Below are positions 18,295 through 29,147 of a DNA stretch of 64,000 bases, one piece after another. The position numbers and the translations under genes were made by a program. The stretch's first letter is position 1. Each line of letters opens with the position of its first letter. The notes below the pieces were generated by a model. It was not told the origin of the DNA, ran no database searches, and saw only the letters and a list, made by a program, of their open reading frames with translations. Origin of the DNA: an uncultured Acidobacteriota bacterium (GTDB lineage Bacteria; Acidobacteriota; Terriglobia; UBA7540); NCBI GenBank assembly GCA_963804995.1, contig CAWDSK010000006.1:1664001-1728000 (forward strand). The letters are read 5' to 3'.

Positions 18295-20895
18295 CTAATT
18301 TGGACAAGCTTGAGCGTCGGTCGCACCTGCGATTCCTATCAAGGCGCCGAGGGCGGGGTGGGGGCAAGCGGGCGCGAACTGATGCTCGGGCCGGGGGGAG
18401 AGCAGGGTTCCAGCATTGATGTAAACTTTGTGTCCTTGTGCGTCGGAAATGAGGACAATCCCGTCCGGCCGCTGCTGTGATTCCATCCCAGCCCGCGCCG
18501 TCGAGGGGTGGCTCTGCGGCCCCAGAGCTATGTCCGCTGGTTCTTGCTGACCGGGTGGGAACGGCTCCGTACCTGCAATGAACACCTCGCTGTGCGTCAA
18601 GGCCGGATCGGCGAGCGCTACAAGGTTGGTGAGATTGTCAATCTCGGCCGTCTCGATTCCGTCGGGCTGAGTAAACGGCTGAGGTGTTTTGTAGACAGGT
18701 AAGTCGGAGGTCCGCTTCATGAATTCGGCCCAGACGGGCAGAGCGGACTGCGCGCCGGTCATATTCAGGTCGCGGTCGTCGTCGTAGCCAACCCAAACCA
18801 CGGCGAGGAGGTTCGAGGTGAATCCGGCAAACCAGCCGTCATGTGAAGTGCCGGTCTTCCCTGCGGCAGGAAGGTTGAAGCCACGGGCCCTCACACCTGC
18901 CCCAGTGCCGTTGTTGATGACGCTTTCGAGCAAACTCACCATCAAATAACTGACGCGCGAATCAAGCACCCGGCGGGCGCTGACAGGATTGTTCCAAACG
19001 GTGCGGCCGTGGGCGTCGGCGACGGCCACAATGCACCGGGGTGCGACGTACTCACCGCGATTGGCGAAAATCGTATAGGCTCCTGCGACCTCGAGGGGCG
19101 TCGCGACATACGCCCCCAGCGCGATGGCGGGCGTCGGCTCCAGTTGATTGTTAAAACCAGCCGTCACGGCAAGGTTGCGCACCTTGTCGTAACCCACCAT
19201 CTCCGCCAAGTGCACGGCGGGCACGTTGAGGGAGAAGGTCAAGGCCTTACGGACGGTTACCGAACCTCGGTAATCCCCTTCGTAATTTCTGGGCGTGTAG
19301 GACCGATCGGCAAATTCAAACGTGGTGGGTTCATCCGCCAGAACCGTGGCGGGCGTGATGAGTGGCAAGGAGCCGTCCACGCCCGAGTTCAGCGCCGCCG
19401 CGTACACGAACGGCTTGAACGACGATCCGGGCTGGCGCCGCGCCAAAACGTGATTCAACTGGCTCGTTCCATAGCCGCGGCCGCCGATGAGAGCTTTGAG
19501 GTCGCCCGTGTGCGGGTCCAGAGCCACCATGGCGGCTTGCGGCAGGACCAGGTCCGACGGAGACTTCGTTTTCCCCTTCTTAACTTGCCGGCCCAGTTCG
19601 ATCAGGCCGGCGCGCGCTCCCTCCGAGGCCGCTTGCTGGAGATCAAGATCCAAAGTCGTGTAAACGCGATAGCCTTTTGAAAGCAGATCGGTCTCGGGGA
19701 ATTGTTTGAGCAGTTGCGCCTTCACCATATCCACAAAATAGGCCTGCTGACGGGCTTCCATGGGTTGCTCGGCTAATCCCAGGGGAGCCAACGAGGCATG
19801 CCTCGCCTCACCCGCACCGATAAAGCCTGCCTTCTGCATGCGCCCCAACACGAAATTGCGCCGTTCGGCAGCCCGCTTCGGATGTTCGTAGGGCAGGTAG
19901 AGATTGGGACCGCGAATCAATCCGGTCAGGAAAGCCGCCTCAGGGAGCGAGAGGGTGCTGAGGTCCTTGTGGAAATACACCGAAGCAGCCTCGCCGAATC
20001 CATAGATGGAAAAACTATCATGCTGACCGAGATAAACCTGGTTCGCGTAAAGTACCAGAATCTGCTCCTTGGTCAGGCGGTGCTCGAGGATCAGGGCGAA
20101 AAACACTTCCGCGATCTTTCGCCGGATCGTGCGATGAGGCGTCAAAAAGAGATTCCGTGCGAGCTGCATGGTAAGCGTACTGCCACCCTCCAACCGCTTG
20201 TCTGACCGCAGATCCGCGAGGGCGGCGGCAACAATCCGGAGAGAGTCCACGCCGTGGTGAGAGTAGAAGCGATGGTCCTCGGTGGCGAGAATGGCATCCA
20301 CCAGCGCCTTGGGAAGGTCTTGGTAACGAACCAGACGACGCTTCGCGCGGCTGGCGCCAAAAAGGGTCGTGATGGGTTCGGGCTCAAGCCAGTACGTCTT
20401 CAAGTCGGTCATATTGTCGAGCGCGGTAATCGACACGAGGCGGTCATCCTTGAATTCCAGTCGCGCCGGACCTTCGACCATTTGACCGTTTCGGAAAAAA
20501 GACTCGGGGCCGGGTCGGACTTCCAGTCCGCTGGCCATTACGGTAAAGCTGCCGGCACCTCCGACATTTTGGCCCTCGGTGTAACCGGCCCTCCTGAGGT
20601 GCAGCGCCATATCGCGGGCATTAGCCCTTTGTCCACAATGCACCTCGCTTGGGGCAGCCAGGATGACAGCAGGATTGCCAAAAACGTTCCCATCCAAGCG
20701 GGCATCAATGATTCGCGCGAATTGCAAGTAGAAATGGACAAAGATAGCTGCGACAGCCGCAAGAGTGAGCAACATCGTGAGTCCTGCTCCGAGCAGGATT
20801 ATTTTCCAGGGTGGTGGCCGGGGGCTGGCTGAGTTCGTGTCAGGTTCCTCGCCCCTTGAGGGACTGGAGCTCTCCGTAAGTCGATACGTGATCAT
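18295..20895 (-). CDS. Class A penicillin-binding protein (PBP1b-like transglycosylase/transpeptidase)
   Basis: TM anchor; EDHRFYSHHGVD, GGSTLTMQLARN; SSFK, SLN and KTG transpeptidase motifs. Confidence 0.95.
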   Translation of the reverse strand: MITYRLTESSSPSRGEEPDTNSASPRPPPWKIILLGAGLTMLLTLAAVAAIFVHFYLQFARIIDARLDGNVFGNPAVILAAPSEVHCGQRANARDMALHLRRAGYTEGQNVGGAGSFTVMASGLEVRPGPESFFRNGQMVEGPARLEFKDDRLVSITALDNMTDLKTYWLEPEPITTLFGASRAKRRLVRYQDLPKALVDAILATEDHRFYSHHGVDSLRIVAAALADLRSDKRLEGGSTLTMQLARNLFLTPHRTIRRKIAEVFFALILEHRLTKEQILVLYANQVYLGQHDSFSIYGFGEAASVYFHKDLSTLSLPEAAFLTGLIRGPNLYLPYEHPKRAAERRNFVLGRMQKAGFIGAGEARHASLAPLGLAEQPMEARQQAYFVDMVKAQLLKQFPETDLLSKGYRVYTTLDLDLQQAASEGARAGLIELGRQVKKGKTKSPSDLVLPQAAMVALDPHTGDLKALIGGRGYGTSQLNHVLARRQPGSSFKPFVYAAALNSGVDGSLPLITPATVLADEPTTFEFADRSYTPRNYEGDYRGSVTVRKALTFSLNVPAVHLAEMVGYDKVRNLAVTAGFNNQLEPTPAIALGAYVATPLEVAGAYTIFANRGEYVAPRCIVAVADAHGRTVWNNPVSARRVLDSRVSYLMVSLLESVINNGTGAGVRARGFNLPAAGKTGTSHDGWFAGFTSNLLAVVWVGYDDDRDLNMTGAQSALPVWAEFMKRTSDLPVYKTPQPFTQPDGIETAEIDNLTNLVALADPALTHSEVFIAGTEPFPPGQQEPADIALGPQSHPSTARAGMESQQRPDGIVLISDAQGHKVYINAGTLLSPRPEHQFAPACPHPALGALIGIAGATDAQACPN

Positions 20896-21129
20896 GTATC
20901 TCCTATCGCGCCAGCTTTAACGCGGCCGAGAACCATGAGGAGTCTCGGCGGGTACCGCTGTGAGGGTCCTGAGGGCCGGGACTCATCAGCGGGGTCTATC
21001 GAACTGCTAAGGCCGCCGCAATTCTGGGCGAAGCATGGCAAGATGCGCTCTGACGATGCCGCAATTCCTTGGCCCGTACCGCCTCGCCCTGCTTCACGTT
21101 GCAGAAAGAAAGTGCGCGCCCCGCCGCCC

Positions 21130-21537
21130 CTACGGCATGCGTTTATAGTTTGGAGTTCCCGCAACGGACTCCAACGATACAGGCTGGACTGCACTCATGG
21201 CTTGCACAGAAGATCTTCTATTCGGATCCACGCTGGTGCTGTAAGCGGCGCCGTTTCCAGTTATCTGGCGATTTACATCGGCAGCGCGAACCGTGGCGAC
21301 CTTCGGTTTTGTGGGCTTCGACTTTTCTAAGCGGCCCAAATCCGCGAGGACGGTGGCTTTCAATTGCATGAACTGGTCCGCTTGCTTGAAGTCGTTAAGA
21401 CTTTCTTTGCACGCTTTGAATTCATTGCTGCATTTGCTTTCTCCCGAAGTTTGGTGGTTGCTTTGGGGAGCTTGTCCGGCGACTGACGACGTCGCGCAGA
21501 AGCTCAGAAGGAGACACGCCAGAGTCAATCTTTTCAT
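21130..21537 (-). CDS. Secreted hypothetical protein
   Basis: AAGGA RBS; signal peptide similar to that of the SYLF gene at 24963; operator upstream. Confidence 0.65.
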   Translation of the reverse strand: MKRLTLACLLLSFCATSSVAGQAPQSNHQTSGESKCSNEFKACKESLNDFKQADQFMQLKATVLADLGRLEKSKPTKPKVATVRAADVNRQITGNGAAYSTSVDPNRRSSVQAMSAVQPVSLESVAGTPNYKRMP

Positions 21538-21638
21538 TTGAAGTTCCTTTTGCCCGCAAGCCGGGAGCGCGCCGGCGGCTCACCAGATCCCGGCTGGCAG
21601 CTCAACGCACACTGGTTATACCCCGGAGAAATCCGCTT

Positions 21639-21679
21639 GTCAGGCCAGTACCGCTCACACGTCTGGTCGAAATTGCTCA
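21639..21679 (-). promoter_or_regulatory. Tandem CRP-like operator, copy 2
   Basis: TGAGCAATTTCGACCAGACGTGTGAGCGGTACTGGCCTGAC + 18 nt + TATAAC. Confidence 0.8.
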
Positions 21680-21850
21680 TCCAGCTGAGGGGGGAACTAA
21701 TGGGTGGTATCGGTTGAAATTAGCTGCTTCGACATCGAGGCTGAGTCATGGAGGCCTAATGTTACGAGGCCACAATGGACCGCCAACGCGCCGCTGGCAC
21801 CAAGCTTCTCGCCGGAACCAATTCACGAAATGACTGGCCCTTCATACGGG

Positions 21851-23251
21851 CTAGTGACGCCCATCAAGACTCACAAGGACGTGTGGCGAGCCACCTGCGC
21901 TAGCCGGGACCAGCGTCACCGCCTTCAACTTATCAAGCGAGGCGAGGACGCTCTGCCAGCGAGCGGAGTCTTTCTTGGTTTCGATCGGTGCGGAGAGGTC
22001 CCCATAAAAGCTCAGGATGTTCGCGCGCAACTCCGGTGATGTGCGGTCGAACTTTCGCTCTGTAAGCCTGGCCAGCAACTTTGCGTACGCATCGTCGGTC
22101 AGGGTGTACTCCGCCGGCTTGGTTGCTTTTCCGGTGTCAAAATCAATATCCGCGAGTTCGAGCGAATCCGTTCGCACTTCTTCCAGATAGGCTCGGTACT
22201 GGTCTACAGAGGTATTAATGCTCTTAAAATACATCTCCTCCGTCTTGGGAGTAGGGCTCTTGAACGCCATCGCCTTGAAGGGTCCTATTTTCGGCATGTA
22301 ATGCAACAACACGGCCATCACGCGCACGCCGAATCCCGGCTTCGTGTATTCCTTCCCCCAGTTCTTTTCATAATCGGAGCGTGAAAGACGGTAAAGGAAT
22401 TTTCGTTTTGAGAAGCTGGGCTCTTCGCGCGTCATGTCCTTCTTATGAGTCCGCAGCGCCACCCGGGTCATTTCCGGGATGACCTGGCTGACCGAGTAAC
22501 GGTATGACCCGATCGCAAGATCCTCGTGGGAAAGCACGTCTTTCAAGTCCACGCCGTAAACCACCGGAAAGACGCGTTCCAGCAGGGGCTTGGATACCTG
22601 GAAGCCGATGAAATCGTGATATTGCTGCGAGGCATAGCGGCTCTTCGCCACCTGCACCATGTCGAACCCGAATTCCGTTCGGATATGCGCCGTTCTGTCC
22701 TCGGCGTACTTGACGGAGTTGCCATACTTCGCCCGCAGCTTCGGGTATTCAATCGCCACCGCCTGGTTGACCGCCGGGTGGCCGGCAATGTCCGACGCGT
22801 AGTGCGCCAGGGCGCCCAGGGCGAACGCGTACTCGTTGGCGTCCTGACTTTCGAGCACCAGCTCGCGAACAAAGTCCCCGCTGCGCACGTAGTGCACCAG
22901 GTCGCTGAATTCCCTGCTGCCGAAGGGGTAGTAGCCGAGGTCCTGAATGACCGCGCCGCCGTAAGCATAGGCGTGCGCCTGGGTGATCTGGTCCTCCGTC
23001 AGCGCCGGGAATCGCTTGAGGAGCAGAGGCCGGATCTCATCCTTCCAGAGCAGGTCCACAATTTCCTCGTGCGTCAGGACGGAATATGCAAACGAGCTGA
23101 GACCGCACATCAGCAAGGTGATGAGAGTTGCCAACAGACGAATACGCAGGAGGCGCCAACCACTTACGACAACGCCCGGCAATGACACTTTATGCGTGGA
23201 CCTCGTTAAACCTTGCTGCCTTGGTCTTGTTATGGGTTTCATTTTCTCCAC
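21851..23251 (-). CDS. Zinc-dependent phospholipase C family protein
   Basis: Signal then YSVLTHEEIVD; DLGYYPFG, HYVRSG, HYASD, HIRTEFGFD Zn-ligand pattern. Confidence 0.85.
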   Translation of the reverse strand: MEKMKPITRPRQQGLTRSTHKVSLPGVVVSGWRLLRIRLLATLITLLMCGLSSFAYSVLTHEEIVDLLWKDEIRPLLLKRFPALTEDQITQAHAYAYGGAVIQDLGYYPFGSREFSDLVHYVRSGDFVRELVLESQDANEYAFALGALAHYASDIAGHPAVNQAVAIEYPKLRAKYGNSVKYAEDRTAHIRTEFGFDMVQVAKSRYASQQYHDFIGFQVSKPLLERVFPVVYGVDLKDVLSHEDLAIGSYRYSVSQVIPEMTRVALRTHKKDMTREEPSFSKRKFLYRLSRSDYEKNWGKEYTKPGFGVRVMAVLLHYMPKIGPFKAMAFKSPTPKTEEMYFKSINTSVDQYRAYLEEVRTDSLELADIDFDTGKATKPAEYTLTDDAYAKLLARLTERKFDRTSPELRANILSFYGDLSAPIETKKDSARWQSVLASLDKLKAVTLVPASAGGSPHVLVSLDGRH

Positions 23252-23351
23252 CGATGCCTTACCGAGTAAGGCGACCTGGCTGGCAGCATCAGCATCCGGC
23301 TGGGTAAGTTCCGTGCCGCCAGCACCAGAGAGATCGCGGAGTCTTTACAGG

Positions 23352-23789
23352 TTAATGTCCAAGGTTAAGTTCAAGGTGGATCGCGTCGTGAACACGATAC
23401 CCATCGTCAATCAGAACCACATGTCCCCCGATGACGACGTAACGGTAGCCGCGCGGGGCACGGCCCAAACCGCGCGTCATTTCATAGGGCGCCGGGCGAC
23501 TCATTCTCCGCATATCATCATCGAGCACGTAGCCTGGCTGAAGCCGATTTTCGTAGTCGTTGTTCCATCGTTCCTGTCTAAAAACCTCCTGGTTTCGGTT
23601 CTGGTTGTAATAAGTGGTCGCGTATTGGCGTTGATTTTCGTTGAACTGGCGATAGCGCTTCTTTGTTTGGCCGCGATTCTCAGTCCGTTGGGTTTGTCCG
23701 CGGTTCTCGTTCTCTTGTGCCACGGCCGCATAGCACGTCAAGGCCAGCAACCCCGTCACACTAGCAGTCACCCACCATTTTGTTTTCAT
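23352..23789 (-). CDS. Secreted RcnB-like protein
   Basis: Signal peptide; LGRAPRGYRYVVIGGHVVLID motif. Confidence 0.7.
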   Translation of the reverse strand: MKTKWWVTASVTGLLALTCYAAVAQENENRGQTQRTENRGQTKKRYRQFNENQRQYATTYYNQNRNQEVFRQERWNNDYENRLQPGYVLDDDMRRMSRPAPYEMTRGLGRAPRGYRYVVIGGHVVLIDDGYRVHDAIHLELNLGH

Positions 23790-23901
23790 ATGTTCTCTCC
23801 ACGGCGCATTAGGATTTCCATCTTGAAAGTCTGCATTGCTGTAAGCGGACGCCTCAGCGCATTGCTCTCACCTGCTCTTTATAATCGAGGTCGAGGCACG
23901 C

Positions 23902-23942
23902 GTCAGTTCATTGCGGCTCACCCGTTTGGTCAAAATTGCTCA
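23902..23942 (-). promoter_or_regulatory. Tandem CRP-like operator, copy 3
   Basis: TGAGCAATTTTGACCAAACGGGTGAGCCGCAATGAACTGAC + 18 nt + TATAAA. Confidence 0.8.
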
Positions 23943-24272
23943 GGCCAGTTCGTGAGGAGGAAACTAAGTGGGGTGGCCGGGTTTTCGAGGGTGAAGGGGA
24001 TAGGGAGCTTGGGGGGCAGCTCCTGCCGGATGCCCGCAACCGTCGTTGCCGGGGCGGCGGGGGGCCCGGAAAACGGGTGAATAACGGGGAGGCTAGGCGT
24101 GCAGGATCGAAGGGACGAAGGAGCCATCCTGGGGAACATCGGCGGTGGTGTCTTCCCTGAAAACTATTAACCTGAAAAACGGTGTAAGGATGCATTCACG
24201 CGCCAGACGTTCGTGGCGTCTGGCGCGGTGGTTGCTTTCGTTCGATGACTGACCGTTCTCTCCCTCGATCGC

Positions 24273-24963
24273 TTATAACCGGGCAAACGTTCGTCCACCC
24301 GCGGGAGAGTATTTCATCAATGCGCCGTCCAGACCCTGGGCCGCACGCGTGGGGCGCACGCTGCCGTCGATCAGAATTTCTTTCGCGGTCACCCGGCGTC
24401 CATAGACTTTCTGATTATCGTCTTCGTCCTGCTTGTACACAGCTCCGTTCGAGCGACGCTCCGCCAAACAAGCCGCGTGAGCGCGAGTAGCTAAGAATCT
24501 CCGCGTGGAGCTGCGCGTCGGTCGCGCCTTCCGCGGAACGACCCACCGGGCCGCCCGCTACGGATAATTCCGCACCCAGCTTGACGCTGTCCTGAACCAG
24601 TTTTTTCATGCCTTCAGGGTTCATCACCAGGAAAACCACGTCGGTGGCCTTACCGCCGATCTGAAATCCCACGCTCGCGCCGCCGATGGTGAACATGGAA
24701 GGCGCATCCCACGCCCCGTTCCCGCCCCTGCGGCACACCAGCACACCGCGTCCATAAGTGCCACCAAATCCCAAGGCGAACTTCACCTCGGAAGGAACGA
24801 TGCCCACACACACGGCCTTGTCCAGCAAATCATGAGGAATCCCCTTGTCGGGAGTACTCATGATCTCGTTCAGAACGTTGGTTGCCTTTTGCAGTTGGCT
24901 CTCACCTGCAAACGCCGTTGCACAGAAGGTCAGCAACAGAAGAACTAAAGTAAGTCTTTTCAT
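24273..24963 (-). CDS. SYLF domain protein, frameshifted near 24450
   Basis: Paralogue of 6794..7498; removing one base near 24450 joins GGASL to NGAVYKQD. Confidence 0.85.
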
Positions 24964-25046
24964 TTAAAGCTCCTTTTTCAATCACACCACCTGACCGGAG
25001 TGTCCGATGTTCCCATTCAGACCTGGCGGACTACTGGCCGGCATTG

Positions 25047-25229
25047 CTATGCTTCGAGGACCTTTTCCACCTTGCCGATTATCTTTTGAACCTTCCCGGC
25101 CACCTTTTCACCTGTGCCCTCGCCTTCCAACCCGGGATTATTCGTCAGTTGTCCTGCTTTTTCCTTGATTGTGCCCTTCATTTCGTGAAACTTGCCTTCG
25201 GCCTTATCTTTGGTGCTTGGCTTCATCAT
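25047..25229 (-). CDS. csbD: CsbD family protein
   Basis: KDKAEGKFHEMKGTIKEKAGQLTNNPGLEGEG. Confidence 0.9.
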   Translation of the reverse strand: MMKPSTKDKAEGKFHEMKGTIKEKAGQLTNNPGLEGEGTGEKVAGKVQKIIGKVEKVLEA

Positions 25230-25427
25230 GGTTGTTCCTTTGGCAGGATTCAGGGCCGCAGCTCCAGTGCGATCCACTAGAGAAAGTGCATACGCCTCTT
25301 TGCTTGAGCGGTTGATGCGACACCTGCCGCCTCTCTCCTGCCCACTACGCCTTGTCTCGGTTTTTCTCAGCGGGAGACTCTCGCGAGTCCCTTGCCAGTT
25401 ATGTTTATGGCCCGGGATGATGCGCGT

Positions 25428-25468
25428 GTCTGTTCAGCATGGCTCAGGCGTTTGGTCTTAATTGCTCA
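25428..25468 (-). promoter_or_regulatory. Tandem CRP-like operator, copy 4
   Basis: TGAGCAATTAAGACCAAACGCCTGAGCCATGCTGAACAGAC + 18 nt + CATAAA. Confidence 0.75.
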
Positions 25469-25475
25469 TCACGGT

Positions 25476-26189
25476 TCAGGAGGGGGAACTACCGTTGGAG
25501 AGGATGGGAATGATCGAGGGTTGACCCGGGGGCTGGTCGTTTACGACCCCGCTGAGGAGACCGCGATGGACCGTTAAATCGCCTTTGCCATTGTAATCCA
25601 CAAAGCCCAGCTTCCTGAACTTGTTCATGAAATGACTAACCCTCAACCGGGTGGTGCCGACCATTTGGGCCAGGTGTTGCTGGTTGATTCTGGGAAATGC
25701 AGTTCCGTCTCCACTTCCAGCGCCAAACTGCGTAAGCAGCAAGAGAATCCGGGCCAGGCGTTTCTCGCTGAAATTGAAAAGTCGGTCCACGAAGTCTTGT
25801 TCGCCCCGAACCATCCGAGAAAGCAGGTAGGAGATAAGAAGCTTTGCAAAGGCAGGCTCTTGATGGATCAGGTGAACAATCGTCCCCTTCTTCACGCGGG
25901 TGATCGTGGATAATTGAATGGCGGTTGCGGTCGACGCCCGCACGGATCGATTTACCAGGCAGCCCTCTCCAAACACGTCGCCTGGCCCCAAAATGGCGAT
26001 GACCGCTAGTTTGCCGTGCGGCGATTCAACCGCGAGCTTCACGCTGCCATTCTGGATGTGGAACATTGCATCCGCCGCGTCTCCTTGCGCATAGATGACC
26101 TGTTGATCCTGGTACTCCCGAGTGGTCTTTTGAGCGCCGATTCTTCTGAGGAAATTCCGGGAATTAAAGGTGAGCGTATGTTTGCTCAT
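25476..26189 (-). CDS. Crp/Fnr family transcriptional regulator
   Basis: IYAQGD, GDVFGEGCL, HTH QQHLAQMVGTTRLRVSHFMNKFR; paralogue of 4742..5473. Confidence 0.93.
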   Translation of the reverse strand: MSKHTLTFNSRNFLRRIGAQKTTREYQDQQVIYAQGDAADAMFHIQNGSVKLAVESPHGKLAVIAILGPGDVFGEGCLVNRSVRASTATAIQLSTITRVKKGTIVHLIHQEPAFAKLLISYLLSRMVRGEQDFVDRLFNFSEKRLARILLLLTQFGAGSGDGTAFPRINQQHLAQMVGTTRLRVSHFMNKFRKLGFVDYNGKGDLTVHRGLLSGVVNDQPPGQPSIIPILSNGSSPS

Positions 26190-26270
26190 GCTAGTTGTCT
26201 CCAGAGGCCCGATCTCGCTACCGGGCCACGTCACCCTCGTGAGCGCGTTGCGCACGGGGCGCGTGCGGTC

Positions 26271-26849
26271 TTACGCGGGCTCTGAGCTTTCGATCAAGAA
26301 GGGTACACGAGCCTCGCAGTGGACACAGACGGCGGTCCGTTCCATGGTCTTATTCTCAGGTGTGCTCGTCACCTGGAATATGCGCAGGCAGTCGGTGCAG
26401 GTCAGAACGAAATAACCGGCGCCGTCCGGGCGTGTCCGAACCGGGGTACTGACCACTTGTGGGAGGTTAGCAGGATCGGGCGTTTTTCGAACCAGCTCGT
26501 GGACGGCCTGCAAGAGGTCGGGAATCTGTTGCGCGCTCTTTTCGAACCAGCGGTCGGGCTTGGCCTCCGCCGGGAGTTCGCGTTGGATTGATCCCGAGAG
26601 AACAATTACCGGTATGGAAGGGAAACGCCGGCGCACCACGGATATAAACTCGATCCCAGACATGCGGGGCATCTGGATGTCGGAAATAATGACTTTGGGA
26701 AGCTTATCACGGAGCTTCACCAAACCGTCGATTCCGTCCTCGGCCTGTTGGGCTTCGAAACCTGCTTCTTCCAATTGCTCCGAAAGAACATCCCGAATAG
26801 CAGGATCGTCGTCCACCAGCAAAACACTATTTGCGGAAACGTCGCGCAT
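26271..26849 (-). CDS. Response regulator receiver protein with C-terminal CxxC...CxxC
   Basis: VLLVDDD, SDIQMPRMSG; CTDC and CVHC. Confidence 0.88.
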   Translation of the reverse strand: MRDVSANSVLLVDDDPAIRDVLSEQLEEAGFEAQQAEDGIDGLVKLRDKLPKVIISDIQMPRMSGIEFISVVRRRFPSIPVIVLSGSIQRELPAEAKPDRWFEKSAQQIPDLLQAVHELVRKTPDPANLPQVVSTPVRTRPDGAGYFVLTCTDCLRIFQVTSTPENKTMERTAVCVHCEARVPFLIESSEPA

Positions 26850-26923
26850 AACAATCTCCTCAACAGACGCTGAGCAACTGCCCTAGCCCCCACCCAATTT
26901 TATAGAACGAGGATGCCGCGCCT

Positions 26924-26964
26924 GTCTGTACAGTAAGGCACACCCGTCTGGTCAATATTGCTCA
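26924..26964 (-). promoter_or_regulatory. Tandem CRP-like operator, copy 5
   Basis: TGAGCAATATTGACCAGACGGGTGTGCCTTACTGTACAGAC + 19 nt + TATAAA. Confidence 0.8.
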
Positions 26965-27095
26965 TCGCCCCGGGGGGCGTACCAAGGAGAAAATAATGCG
27001 CCTCAACAGCTCAGAGGGATGTGGCCGGGTGTATATTCTTAACTGCCAGAATGCCCGGGTGGAATTTCAGGCTTATTCTGCCTGACTAGCAAAAC

Positions 27096-27779
27096 ATGTT
27101 GTTTCTCTCTGACATCCACATACTTTCGGCCGCATTTTTCATGGGATTGGCGGCGGCCGCACCGATGGGCCCTGTCAACATGCTGGCCATCCGCCGCGGC
27201 TTGATCGGCGGTTGGCGCCATACCCTCGCCTGCGGAATCGGCTCGGTCACCGGCGAACTTATCCTTTTCGCCGTGGTCCTCCTGGGTGGTCACTATCTCT
27301 TTTCCGACCTGTCCAACCCGACTCTCGAGACCGTCCTGGCGGCCATCGGCGTCATCGTCCTGCTTCCCCTGGGAATCTACTTCATTGTCCACGCCGTCAA
27401 GGAGCCCCTGCGGGCCTACGCCAGCGCTCGCAAAGGCTGGGATGAAGGCACTGTCCCCGAGCATCTGGCCACCGATGTCGCCTCCTGTGCCGCCCTAACC
27501 ATGTTCAATCCCTTAACCATGATTTACTGGGTCGGCGTCACTGCCAACTGGCTCCCCCTGGCCCATTCCATTTTGGGCTCCAAAGCCGCCGGCTGGGGAA
27601 TCGTGATGGTGGCTGGCGGGCTGATGACCTGGTTCACCACGCTGATCGTGGTCGTTCGCTTCCTCCCCCACCGCATCGGCCCGGCCTTCTTCCGCCTTGT
27701 CAACGCCATCCTCGGCCTTATCCTCCTCGGCTTCGCCACGTTCTGCACCATAGTCCTGTCCCGACATTTCCTCGGCTGA
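27096..27779 (+). CDS. LysE family translocator
   Basis: AAPMGPVN and NPLTMIYW motifs; about 6 TM helices. Confidence 0.85.
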   Translation: MLFLSDIHILSAAFFMGLAAAAPMGPVNMLAIRRGLIGGWRHTLACGIGSVTGELILFAVVLLGGHYLFSDLSNPTLETVLAAIGVIVLLPLGIYFIVHAVKEPLRAYASARKGWDEGTVPEHLATDVASCAALTMFNPLTMIYWVGVTANWLPLAHSILGSKAAGWGIVMVAGGLMTWFTTLIVVVRFLPHRIGPAFFRLVNAILGLILLGFATFCTIVLSRHFLG

Positions 27780-27784
27780 CCCCC

Positions 27785-28288
27785 TTATTCCACCACCCAC
27801 GTAGTGAATCCTTTTCCCAGGCGGACGAGTTCGTCGGCGGGATTCGTTTGCAGAAGGGCACGAAGCCAGGAGAGAGACCGCCTCCCCACGACAACGGTTT
27901 GACATCCGCGCACTCGCGCCAACCTGAGGATCTCTTTGGGTGCATTCCTTCTGTCGCTCGGATAGCAGAAATGGACTTCGATTTCTCCGCGCGCAAATCC
28001 CGCCCGGCGCAAATCCGCGTAAGCGAGTTCCAATGACCCTGACGCCTTTCTCTTCGCTGCAGACACCCAGAGAGCCCGGCTGGCGCGTAGACGTGCTTCC
28101 AGCCATTCCTCCTTATGGGGATCCTCAGCGCCGCCGAACTCCATCATTCGCGCCGGCGGCGAGGGGAGCGTGTGCGCCAGGCAGACCCGAAAGCCCCGGC
28201 GCCCGCCTAAGATTCGCCCCACATACGCTACGGCCCTCATCGATGCGAGCGAATTGTCGACAACAACAAGAAGTTTAGTAATCGTCAA
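27785..28288 (-). CDS. Universal stress protein
   Basis: Probable TTG start; KLLVVVDNS...TVVVGRR...ADELVR. Confidence 0.8.
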   Translation of the reverse strand: MTITKLLVVVDNSLASMRAVAYVGRILGGRRGFRVCLAHTLPSPPARMMEFGGAEDPHKEEWLEARLRASRALWVSAAKRKASGSLELAYADLRRAGFARGEIEVHFCYPSDRRNAPKEILRLARVRGCQTVVVGRRSLSWLRALLQTNPADELVRLGKGFTTWVVE

Positions 28289-28361
28289 TTCGGTTCCCTT
28301 CGAGCTGCGCTTCGTTCGGAAGTTATAATTCGATAGATGGACATCATAAATCCCGCCCCAA

Positions 28362-29147
28362 TCAACCTTTGCTTGCTGCCTGGCTCTGTTGTTCAGGGAC
28401 TGGCGCCCAATAAGGGGAGCGGGCGTAATAATCGTAAAGCCGATGCTCGTACTCGCGAGTGACGGGCGTTGACTCGTCCCACTCCGGGCCGTTCTGGATG
28501 GCTTCCCGGGTAAGGTCAACGTTGACCTTGGAGTCCGGCCAGCTCACAGAGGTGATCCACTGAGGCGATACCAGCACTCTTCTGCCAGGCCACCAGTTCC
28601 GCGTATCCACCTCGAGGTATCGAATGGCCCAGGTTTCATCATCGACGATGAAGTCCCGTACGTGACCGATCTCACCGTCTTCCGCCTCGATGTGATAACC
28701 TGTCACCTCGTCGGTGCTGCGCAGATGTGAATCGGCTGACTCTTTTCCTGCCCTGGCTTCGAATGCTTCCGCTTCGGCCTGCGCTTCCCTTTGAATAACC
28801 AAGGCTGTGTCGTAATTGGGCCCAGCCCAATAATAGGGGTAATCGTAATACGCCATGTAGGCGGCCTCATGCTGCCGTGAGACAGGCTTGTGCGTATCGA
28901 TGGGGGGGCTATTCTCAACCTGCTTTTTCGTCAGCGCCACATCAAGTCGCATGGATTCCCATGCCACCTGGCGAAGGGCAATCGGCGAAATCAGCACCAG
29001 CCGACCGCTCAGCCAAATCCCGGTATTGACGATGAGGTAGCGGATGGCCCAGGTCTCGTCGTCGAAATAGAACTGATCCAAGGTTCCAACCTCCCCATCC
29101 CTGGCTCGAATCTCAAAATCCTTTAGACGGCTGACGTTTCTTAACAT
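28362..29147 (-). CDS. Tandem PRC-barrel domain protein
   Basis: Two DGE(V/I)G...DDETWAIRYL repeats. Confidence 0.9.
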   Translation of the reverse strand: MLRNVSRLKDFEIRARDGEVGTLDQFYFDDETWAIRYLIVNTGIWLSGRLVLISPIALRQVAWESMRLDVALTKKQVENSPPIDTHKPVSRQHEAAYMAYYDYPYYWAGPNYDTALVIQREAQAEAEAFEARAGKESADSHLRSTDEVTGYHIEAEDGEIGHVRDFIVDDETWAIRYLEVDTRNWWPGRRVLVSPQWITSVSWPDSKVNVDLTREAIQNGPEWDESTPVTREYEHRLYDYYARSPYWAPVPEQQSQAASKG